DNA of 13,149 bases from the NCBI GenBank assembly GCA_046075565.1, contig JBJTQJ010000035.1, positions 1-13,149 of the forward strand. Reading direction: 5' to 3'. The position numbers were made by a program, and so were the translations under genes. This DNA comes from Verrucomicrobiales bacterium (GTDB lineage Bacteria; Verrucomicrobiota; Verrucomicrobiia; Verrucomicrobiales; SLCJ01). The notes below the pieces were generated by a model. The model ran no database searches. It worked only from the letters and a program-made list of their open reading frames with translations, and was not told the origin of the DNA. Numbering within the stretch: the stretch's first letter is position 1; each line of letters starts with the position of its first letter. This document shows, piece by piece, positions 1 to 6,668 of this stretch.

Positions 1-21
1 CCCGACTTTCGCAACTGGGAG
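1..21 (+). repeat. Left terminal inverted repeat (IRL)
   Basis: CCCGACTTTCGCAACTGGGAG is the exact reverse complement of 1988-2008. Confidence 0.95.
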
Positions 22-93
22 CAAAAAATGGCTTTTTTCACCCGTTTGCCGCGCTGGAGCCCTTGATATTGCTGGGGCCTTCTCCGAAAACGG

Positions 94-109
94 CGTGTAG
101 TGAAGACCT
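94..109 (+). repeat. Subterminal 16-bp direct repeat, copy 1
   Basis: CGTGTAGTGAAGACCT, identical to 1927-1942. Confidence 0.9.
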
Positions 110-115
110 GCCCTC

Positions 116-143
116 TTCACGTCCCTGGATTTGCCGCTATAAT
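116..143 (+). promoter_or_regulatory. Putative sigma70 promoter of the transposase
   Basis: TTCACG (116-121), 16-nt spacer, perfect TATAAT (138-143). ATG at 152 follows 8 nt later with no SD, so the transcript would be near-leaderless. Confidence 0.6.
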
Positions 144-151
144 CTGTTGGC

Positions 152-1917
152 ATGTTCCTGCGGCACACCAAACGATGGAAGGACGGCAAGCAGCATTTCT
201 ACTGGTCGATTGTGGAAAACCGCCGATGCAAGGGCGGGCGCATCGTCCAGAAAACCGTCCTTTACCTCGGCGAGATCAACGACAGCCAGAAGGAGCAATG
301 GATCCGCGCCATCGAAGTCTTCGACGAGAGCCTCGGCGAATCCCGCCAGCTCAAACTCTTCAGCCATCAGCGCCCATTGCCCGACTGCGCTCCCGATGGC
401 GTGCGGGTCCGCCTCGACCGCATGGAAATCCACCGCCCGCGCCAATGGGGGCCTGCTGGCTGTTCACCGAACTGTGGAAGCAACTCGGGCTGGACATCTT
501 CTGGCGCGAGCGCCTCGGTGCCTCGCGCGAAGGCACCGAGTGGGAACACGTCCTCCAGTTGCTCTGTTGCTATCGCCTGCTGGAGCCCGGCAGTGAATGG
601 CGGCTCCACCGGCACTGGTTCGACCGCAGCGCCATGGGCGATCTGCTGCATGAGGACTTCTCCATCGCGGCCAAGGACACCCTCTACCGCTGCCACGATC
701 TGCTCCTCGAACACAAGGACGGGCTCTTCACCTTCCTGCGCGGACGCTGGGAAGACCTCTTCGGGGTCAAGTTCGACGTCCTGCTCTACGATCTGACCAG
801 CACCTACTTGGAGAGCGGCCCGCCCTTCCCGCCCGGCGACAAGCGCAAGTTCGGCTACTCCCGCGACAAGCGCTCCGACTGCGTGCAGGTCGTCATCGCC
901 CTGGTCGTCACCCCGGAAGGCTTCCCGCTGGCCTACGAAGTCATGCCCGGCAACACCGCGGACAAAACCACCCTGCGCGGCTTCCTGGAAAAAATCCAGA
1001 GCCGCTTCGGCAAAGCCCGCCGCATCTGGATCATGGATCGCGGCATCCCCACCGAGGATGTGCTTGCCGAAATGCGCGCCAGCGATCCGCCCGTCCACTA
1101 CCTCGTCGGCACCCCCAAAGGCCGCCTCGGCCAACTCGAAGGCGAACTGCTCGACCTTGATTGGCAACACGCCCGGGAGGGAGTTGATGTCAAACTCCTG
1201 CCTCGCTCCGGCGAACTCTACGTGCTGGCCCGCTCGCGCGACCGGGTCTGCAAGGAGCGCGCCATGCGTCGCCGCCAACTCAAGAAACTCTGGGCCCGCC
1301 TCAAGGAACTCGCCACCCGGGACCATCCCCGGGACGCATTGCTCATCAAGCTCGGCCAGGCCAAGGAACAATCCCCCTCCGCCTGGCGGCTGGTTGACAT
1401 CCAGGTGGAAGCCGACGGAACCCTGCGCTACCAACTCAACCGCAAAAAACTCAAGGAAACCACCCTGCGCGAAGGCCGCTATCTGCTGCGCTCCAACCTG
1501 ACCGAAGAAGACCCCGCCCGCATCTGGAACCTCTACATGCGCCTGGTGGAGATCGAGGAATGCTTCCGCAACCGCAAAGGCGACCTCTCCATCCGCCCCA
1601 TCTATCATAAGGAAGAGAAGCGCATCGAGGCCCACATCATGATCTGCTTCCTCGCCTTCTGCTTGCACACAACCCTGCGGCACAAGCTGCGGCAAAAAGC
1701 TCCCGGACTCACCCCTCGCAGTGTCTTCGAGCAACTTGCCGGCATCCTGATGCTCGATGTGAAGTTCCCCACCAGCGAAGGACAAACGCTGCTCTTCGAA
1801 CGATACACCACGCCCGACAAGACCCAGAAACTGCTCCTCGCCCAACTCGGAGTTGAACTGCCCGAACAAAGCCCACCTCGGATCACTAGCCAGCAAACCC
1901 TCGAACCCCTCAACTGA
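152..1917 (+). pseudogene. IS1634-family DDE transposase, split by a -1 frameshift at the G5 run 447-451 (about 588 aa if joined)
   Basis: The frame from 152 gives an IS1634-type N-terminus (MFLRHTKRWKDGKQHFYWSIVENRR...HRPRQWG). The other frame continues ACWLFTELWKQLGLD and carries YDLTSTY, FGYSRDKRSDCVQV, IMDRG and IEECFR..KGDLSIRPIYH (D, D, E triad). One extra G restores W-G-A-C-W. This could be a sequencing error. Confidence 0.88.
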
Positions 1918-1926
1918 GCGCCACCC

Positions 1927-1942
1927 CGTGTAGTGAAGACCT
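1927..1942 (+). repeat. Subterminal 16-bp direct repeat, copy 2
   Basis: CGTGTAGTGAAGACCT, 9 nt after the transposase stop codon and identical to 94-109. Confidence 0.9.
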
Positions 1943-1987
1943 TGCGCCCGAAATCAAGCAAGCGCGGGTCTCAGGGCACCAAAAACA

Positions 1988-2008
1988 CTCCCAGTTGCGA
2001 AAGTCGGG
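1988..2008 (-). repeat. Right terminal inverted repeat (IRR)
   Basis: CTCCCAGTTGCGAAAGTCGGG, the reverse complement of 1-21. Confidence 0.95.
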
Positions 2009-2134
2009 ATAGGAAACGAGACACCAGACAATCAGGGGCAGGAGAAAGGAAACAACGGTCAGCACGGAGGCCCGCGTGGCAGGCAAATCTCGCCGGATGA
2101 GGAACCAGTTCTTCAGTAGGGAAGGTCGGGCCAT
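2009..2134 (-). pseudogene. 5' fragment (42 codons) of an ABC transporter permease (NitT/TauT type), interrupted by the IS
   Basis: MARPSLLKNWFLIRRDLPATRASVLTVVSFLLPLIVWCLVSY has a basic N-terminus and a first TM helix. It lies directly downstream of the SBP gene and its frame runs into IRR exactly after the Tyr codon. Confidence 0.8.
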
Positions 2135-2156
2135 ACGCAGCGGAGATTGCGCCCAA

Positions 2157-2183
2157 CCTCCGACCACGGACCGTGATCGGAGG
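2157..2183 (-). other. Intercistronic stem-loop between SBP and permease genes
   Basis: Minus strand CCTCCGATCACG-GTC-CGTGGTCGGAGG forms a 12-bp stem with one G-U pair and has no U-tract. Confidence 0.65.
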
Positions 2184-2196
2184 CGAGAAGAACCGG

Positions 2197-3182
2197 CTAT
2201 TTTTTCTCCGCCAGTGCCTTGGTAAGGGAAGGATCGAGATACTTCGCGGGATCCTGCGATTTTTCGTAGACCTTGAACTGCAGGTTGAAATCGTTCACGA
2301 CGGCGGTCGAGCCATAAACACTGTCCAGACCATCGGCTTTTTCCCAGCGTTTCAAGGCTTCTTCCAGCGTGAAAATCTTCGTGCCCTTGAGGAGCGGCTC
2401 GTATTCTTCCGGAGAAATTTTGACGCGCGCCGAGAGGATTTTCAGCACATCATCGATGTTCTCCTCCTTGCTCATGTAATCGGCGATGCGATACCAGACT
2501 TTGACCACCTTCGCCCAATCGGCGCGGCGTTTCTCCAGGCTCTCGGTCGAGACATACAGGAGATCATAGATGATCCCGGGAGAATTGGCGGAGGTGAATA
2601 CCGGCTTGGAAGCCGGCACCGCCTTGAGGGCTTGGCCGGAATTCGGTTGCCATGCGGCAATGGCATCCACGGCTTTGGACCCGAGCACCTGCGGGGTCTC
2701 GTTGGTGGGAGTGTTCACGATGGTCACGTCTTCCGGTTTCATTCCCGCTTTCTCCAATGCCTTGAGCAGGAGCAGATGGCAGACGAAACCCTCCTCGACG
2801 CCGATCTTTTGCCCTTCAATTCGGCCATCGAATTGATACCAGGCGCGGCTACCACCATGTCGTTGCCGTTGGAGATGTCGTTGATTAGGATACCGACCGA
2901 AGGTTTGCCGGTGGCCCCGGTGACCAGCGCATCACCATTCGTCATACAAACTGCATCCACATTGCCGGACACGAAGGCATCCATGGAGGGCACGTAGTCA
3001 AACCAGGAGAATTCGACCTCTACCCCTTCTTCTTTGAACCAGCCTTTCTGGATTCCAATTTCCCAAGCCACCCAACCCGGCCAATCGGAGTAGGCAATCT
3101 TGAGTGGTTCGGCGGCCGCGGTGCCGCAGAGAGCAATGAGGCCGAGGGCGGCACTCCCGAGTTTTTTCAAGGATTTGATCAT
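2197..3182 (-). pseudogene. ABC transporter substrate-binding protein, NitT/TauT (SsuA/THI5-like), split by a 1-nt frameshift at 2807-2810 (328 aa if joined)
   Basis: Signal peptide [24 protein letters not shown], then [16 protein letters not shown] and [13 protein letters not shown]...ELKGK. Adding one A to GGCAAAAGATC gives [26 protein letters not shown], which joins ORF 2197-2757 ([17 protein letters not shown]). Confidence 0.85.
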
Positions 3183-3244
3183 GGTATGAACGGAGTTCCA
3201 CTACCGCCGTATGAAATTGTGGCAATAATTTCATACCAGATAAA
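3182..3244 (-). promoter_or_regulatory. Putative promoter of the ABC importer operon overlapped by a palindromic operator
   Basis: Inverted repeat GTATGAAATT-N8-AATTTCATAC (3209-3236) and a further TGGTATGAA half-site at 3182-3190. On the minus strand, TTTATC (3244-3239), 17 nt, then CACAAT (3221-3216) preceded by an extended -10 TGn. Confidence 0.6.
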
Positions 3245-3463
3245 GCACGGGCCGAATCAACGCGCGGGGACACGGGCGTTCAAGCGATGCCATTCTTGCC
3301 CGGAGAACGCGAACCGATCATTCGAGCGGGAAACGCGACCGCGTTAAAGCGCATTCTTCGCCCCGACATGCTGCGGCTTTTCCCTCGAGGCGGCGTTGCT
3401 TTAGCAAACGACCAGACCTCGCCCGATGGCTGGAAAAAGGCGGGACTCGTCTTTAGTCCTACT

Positions 3464-4162
3464 TCAGTTGGCGTTGCCGTTCACGGCTTCGCGGATTTTC
3501 TTATCACGCGAGGACGGAATCACCACCTCCGCGCCCTTTTTGCCATTGCTCTCGACGGTGAGCATGATTCCGAGCAGGTCATCACCCTTGAATTCGCTCG
3601 CGGCTTGGACGCATTTGGGGCAGGAACTGACGGACTTCATATCCACGGAGAGTTGGACTTGTTCGGTTTCGAAGTCGGATGCCCCGTTGGGAGCGAGACC
3701 GGAAACTGACTGCGAACCGCTCTTCAATTCGAGCTTGCCACCGCCCCTTTCGATAACGAGCACGTAGTTTACGGTCAAGTCGTCAAGGCGTTCGGTGGTC
3801 GAACCATTGCGGACATTCACGCGATAACCGTTGGTCAGGTTTTTGTATTGGTAGATATCTCCTCCACTGGTCGTGCGTTCGCCGGTGACTTTGGTGGCAC
3901 TCATGCGGACGGCGGTAGCAAATGCGTTTTCCTTGGCCCACGTTTTGATGAATTCACGGTCGGCTTCGACGAGAAGGCTCTGTTTGAAAGTCACGACATT
4001 TCCGGTTTCGAGACCGAGGGTTACAGTGCCGGCTGCCGGATTCACGCCACGAATCTCGCCGGAGATGGTTTTCCCGGTCCCTTCCTGAGTGAAATCGCGG
4101 AATTCCGCGTTAGCAAATCCTGACAGGAGAGCAAGAGCTGCGACAAAGAAGGTCGATTTCAT
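3464..4162 (-). CDS. Secreted hypothetical protein with N-terminal SHD1-like domain and C-terminal CxxC
   Basis: 232 aa. Signal peptide MKSTFFVAALALLSGFANA. The segment FRDFTQEGTGKTISGEI...VTLGLETGNVVTFKQSLLVEADREFIKTW resembles the SHD1 pattern common in PVC bacteria. The C-terminal part is beta-rich and contains SSCPKC. Confidence 0.75.
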   Translation of the reverse strand: MKSTFFVAALALLSGFANAEFRDFTQEGTGKTISGEIRGVNPAAGTVTLGLETGNVVTFKQSLLVEADREFIKTWAKENAFATAVRMSATKVTGERTTSGGDIYQYKNLTNGYRVNVRNGSTTERLDDLTVNYVLVIERGGGKLELKSGSQSVSGLAPNGASDFETEQVQLSVDMKSVSSCPKCVQAASEFKGDDLLGIMLTVESNGKKGAEVVIPSSRDKKIREAVNGNAN

Positions 4163-4167
4163 ACCTC

Positions 4168-4196
4168 AAGCTAAGGGGTTTTTCCCGGATTCACAA
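4168..4196 (-). promoter_or_regulatory. Putative sigma70 promoter for a leaderless transcript of the SHD1-like gene
   Basis: Minus strand TTGTGA-17 nt-TAGCTT, then only 5 nt before the ATG at 4162. Confidence 0.5.
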
Positions 4197-4247
4197 GTGA
4201 ATTATACAGGTAGCGGGGTTTCTCCCCCACTTGGGCGTCTCCCGCAC

Positions 4248-4275
4248 TTGCCCCGAGCCGGGGAGCGGCTAACCT
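4248..4275 (+). promoter_or_regulatory. Putative gltX promoter
   Basis: TTGCCC-16 nt-TAACCT, 17 nt upstream of ATG 4293. Confidence 0.45.
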
Positions 4276-4292
4276 TCCGGCTGCCCTTACCC

Positions 4293-5597
4293 ATGATCCG
4301 CACCCGTTTTGCCCCAAGTCCAACCGGCTACCTCCACGTGGGGGGAGCCCGCACCGCCCTTTTCAATTGGCTTTATGCCCGCCACCACGGCGGGCGATTC
4401 ATCCTGCGGATCGAGGACACCGATGCCGCCCGGAACACGCCCGAGGCTCTGGCGGCTATCTATGATGGGCTGCGCTGGCTCGGCCTCGACTGGGACGAGG
4501 GACCGGACGCCGGGGGCTCATTCGGACCTTACCGCCAGTCCGAGCGGGGTGCGATCTACGACCATTGGTTCGGCAAGCTCGAGGAGATCGGCCGGGTTTA
4601 CGATGATAACGGTGCCTGGCGCTTCCGCTTCGAGCGCAAACCGATCACCGTGCCGGATTTGGTCGCTGGCGACGTTACCGTTGATTACACGGATGCCTCG
4701 AACACACCGGACATGGTGATCCGGCGCAGCGACGGGTCTTACGTCTTCCATTTCGTGAATGTGGTGGACGACCTCGAAATGGGCATCACGCATGTCATCC
4801 GGGGCGATGACCACCTGCCCAACACCCCCAAACACCTCCAACTCTTCGAGGCACTCGGAGTGGAACCGCCGGTTTACGGCCACATTCCGCTGATTCTGAA
4901 TGCCAACGGCTCGAAAATGTCCAAGCGCGACGAAGGGGCATCGGTGCGCCAGTATGACGAGGAGGGATTTCTTGCGCCGGCCGTGGTGAATTTTCTCGCC
5001 CTGCTCGGGTGGTCGCCGAAAGATGACAGCGAAATCCTGCCGCGCGAGGAATTGATCCGTCGCTTTGAGATTTCCGGGGTCAATCGGAAGAGCGCGGTTT
5101 TTGACCTCGAAAAATGCCGCTGGTTCAGTGGCCAGTATCTTCACGAAGCGGATGCGCGCTCGCTGTTGTCCGCGTCGGCAAAGTGGTTCCAGTCGGCTGA
5201 TTTGGCCGACTTGCCGGACGAGGCGAAAACGACCATTCTCGATTTGGTAAAGGTAAAAATCCGCACCCTCGGGGAACTCCCGCCGTGGCTGGACTTCTTT
5301 CGCCCCGGCATTCCGGCACTGGACGCCGAGGCCGAAGCGAAATTGGCCGGCGACCCGAGGAGGGAGGAAATCAAATCCGCCCTTTGCTCCGCGCTCACAG
5401 GCATCCCGGCGGAATCCTGGTCATCAGACGCGCTCAAGGATGCCGTCGCAACTGCCGCCGAGGCGCTCTGCCTCAAATCGGGCAAATTGATGCTGCCTCT
5501 TCGGGTTCTGGCCACTGGGAAAGTATCCGGGCCCGACCTGATGCCATTCTTGGCTTGGCTCGGACGCGAGGCGACGCTTGAGAGACTGCAAAAGTAA
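4293..5597 (+). CDS. gltX: Glutamate--tRNA ligase (434 aa)
   Basis: MIRTRFAPSPTGYLHVGGARTALFN (HIGH motif), LRIEDTD, ITHVIRGDDH, KMSKR (KMSKS motif) and a C-terminal anticodon domain ending PLRVLATG..SGPDL. The start is moved to ATG 4293 from the 4089 given in the ORF track. Confidence 0.96.
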   Translation: MIRTRFAPSPTGYLHVGGARTALFNWLYARHHGGRFILRIEDTDAARNTPEALAAIYDGLRWLGLDWDEGPDAGGSFGPYRQSERGAIYDHWFGKLEEIGRVYDDNGAWRFRFERKPITVPDLVAGDVTVDYTDASNTPDMVIRRSDGSYVFHFVNVVDDLEMGITHVIRGDDHLPNTPKHLQLFEALGVEPPVYGHIPLILNANGSKMSKRDEGASVRQYDEEGFLAPAVVNFLALLGWSPKDDSEILPREELIRRFEISGVNRKSAVFDLEKCRWFSGQYLHEADARSLLSASAKWFQSADLADLPDEAKTTILDLVKVKIRTLGELPPWLDFFRPGIPALDAEAEAKLAGDPRREEIKSALCSALTGIPAESWSSDALKDAVATAAEALCLKSGKLMLPLRVLATGKVSGPDLMPFLAWLGREATLERLQK

Positions 5598-5606
5598 TTT
5601 CCCCGG

Positions 5607-5637
5607 TTGAAAGGCCGGGTTTCCGACCTGATAGTCT
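5607..5637 (+). promoter_or_regulatory. Putative yajC promoter (extended -10)
   Basis: TGaTAGTCT at 5629-5637, with TTGAAA at 5607-5612 (19-nt spacer, non-optimal). Confidence 0.4.
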
Positions 5638-5665
5638 CGGCCCACATCAATTATCTTTAATTCCT

Positions 5666-6025
5666 ATGTTCGCCACCATCTCTTTCCTCGCCCAGCAAGC
5701 CCCCGCTCAGCCTCCTCCCGGAGGCGGCAGCCAGTTGCTCATCACGATGGTGTTGTTTTTCGTGATTTTCTGGGTGCTCATCATCCGCCCGCAGAAGAAG
5801 AAGCAAAAGGAAGACGAAGCCCGGCGCGCCGCGCTCAAGAAGGGTGACAGGGTCGTCACCATTGGGGGAGTGCACGGGGTGATCAATTCCGTCTCCGACC
5901 GCACTGTCTCGCTCCGGATTGCCGACAACGTCCACGTGACCATGGAGAAGAGTTCGGTGGCCACGGTGCTTCCGAAGGAGGGTGAAGCCGCCGCCGCCGT
6001 CGCGGAAGCCGTGAAAAAAGACTAA
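5666..6025 (+). CDS. yajC: Preprotein translocase subunit YajC
   Basis: TM helix followed by IIRPQKKKQKE, then LKKGDRVVTIGGVHGVI, the canonical YajC signature. Confidence 0.96.
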   Translation: MFATISFLAQQAPAQPPPGGGSQLLITMVLFFVIFWVLIIRPQKKKQKEDEARRAALKKGDRVVTIGGVHGVINSVSDRTVSLRIADNVHVTMEKSSVATVLPKEGEAAAAVAEAVKKD

Positions 6026-6095
6026 ACCATCCGCAACTGGAGCGGTTCCGCCGGGTTTGCAGACTTCGGTGAAAGCTTCACCACCCTATATCCAC

Positions 6096-6464
6096 ATGAA
6101 AACACGATTCCTCTTGATTGGTTCCCTGGCCGCTGCGGCCATGGTTTCCCTTGTTTCCGCCCAAGACGCCGCTGGCGCGCCCGATCCCACGAAACCCTGC
6201 CCCGCCTTCAAGAAAATGGACAAGGACGGAGACCGCGCCGTGAGCAAGGATGAATTCCTCGCCTCCGCCAAGGACGACGCCCAGAAGGCGAAGATGGAGA
6301 CCCGCTTTGCCAAACTCGACAAAGATGGCGACGGCAAACTGACGCCCGCCGAATTGAACGCCGGCAAGCCCGCCAAACCGAAAAAAGACGGGCAGAACAA
6401 GGCCCCGAAACCCGACAAACCCAAGAAGAAGGGCGGCGCCGGGGCCCCTGCTCCCCAACTCTGA
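6096..6464 (+). CDS. Secreted EF-hand calcium-binding protein (122 aa)
   Basis: Signal peptide MKTRFLLIGSLAAAAMVSLVSA, two EF-hand loops DKDGDRAVSKDE and DKDGDGKLTPAE, and a Lys/Pro-rich tail. Start placed at ATG 6096. Confidence 0.88.
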   Translation: MKTRFLLIGSLAAAAMVSLVSAQDAAGAPDPTKPCPAFKKMDKDGDRAVSKDEFLASAKDDAQKAKMETRFAKLDKDGDGKLTPAELNAGKPAKPKKDGQNKAPKPDKPKKKGGAGAPAPQL

Positions 6465-6516
6465 ACCGGACTCCGTCCGCGCCGCGGAATCTTAAGTTTT
6501 CCGCACAATGCCGCCC

Positions 6517-6551
6517 TCCGCTCCCCTTGGGACCGGGGGGCGGATTTTTTT
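6517..6551 (+). terminator. Intrinsic terminator after the EF-hand gene
   Basis: TCCGCTCCCC-N8-GGGGGGCGGA forms a 10-bp stem with one G-U pair, followed by T7. Confidence 0.8.
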
Positions 6552-6613
6552 AGACAAACGAATTCACTTTTGTCGCTCGAACGCCCATAACAGAAAAGAC
6601 CTTCTTCCGGGGG

Positions 6614-6642
6614 TTGCGTGCCCCACCGGGAGAGGCCATCTT
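6614..6642 (+). promoter_or_regulatory. Putative promoter of the Gld-like operon
   Basis: TTGCGT-17 nt-CATCTT, downstream of the terminator and 26 nt before ATG 6669. Confidence 0.45.
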
Positions 6643-6668
6643 CTACGCCCGCCATCCCACCTTCCGCC

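Larger units (their letters stand above)
1..2008 (+). mobile_element. IS1634-family insertion sequence, 2008 bp, apparently complete from IRL to IRR
   Basis: Perfect 21-bp terminal inverted repeats (1-21 and 1988-2008) enclose a DDE transposase with IS1634-like motifs. The right end abuts an interrupted permease reading frame. Confidence 0.93.

Noticed and set aside
100..450. N-terminal 117 aa of the 605-aa ORF as the true transposase start
   Set aside because: Pro/Arg-rich off-frame sequence. The family-like N-terminus and the promoter fit ATG 152 in another frame.
367..1896. 509-aa antisense ORF inside the IS
   Set aside because: Codon-register shadow of the GC-rich transposase, with no recognisable motifs.
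3220..3240. Sigma54 promoter TGGTATGAAATTATTGC on the minus strand
   Set aside because: GG-to-GC spacing is 12 nt, not the required 10.
3183..3463. Riboswitch (e.g. guanidine-I/ykkC) upstream of the importer
   Set aside because: I found no recognisable conserved riboswitch core by eye, and the likely promoter lies only about 35 nt from the start codon. An Infernal/Rfam scan would settle it.
3434..3463. Terminator after the SHD1-like gene
   Set aside because: Only a 5-bp clean stem (GGACT/AGTCC) with mismatches before a U5 tract. Possible but too weak to call.
3287..3709. 140-aa plus-strand ORF
   Set aside because: Mostly antisense to the SHD1-like gene, with no motifs.
4201..4206. Perfect TATAAT on the minus strand upstream of the SHD1-like gene
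   Set aside because: No -35 at the proper spacing and no TGn extension. It may be a secondary promoter but cannot be supported.
6032..6043. CGCAACTGGAGC resembling the IS terminal repeat (CGCAACTGGGAGC)
   Set aside because: Only 9 contiguous matches, lacks the terminal CCCGACTTT and has no partner end. Compatible with chance.
6600..6635. Hairpin upstream of the GldA-like gene as an ncRNA (e.g. SRP RNA)
   Set aside because: Imperfect stem with no SRP GGAA-loop/GCAG motif. It overlaps the putative promoter.
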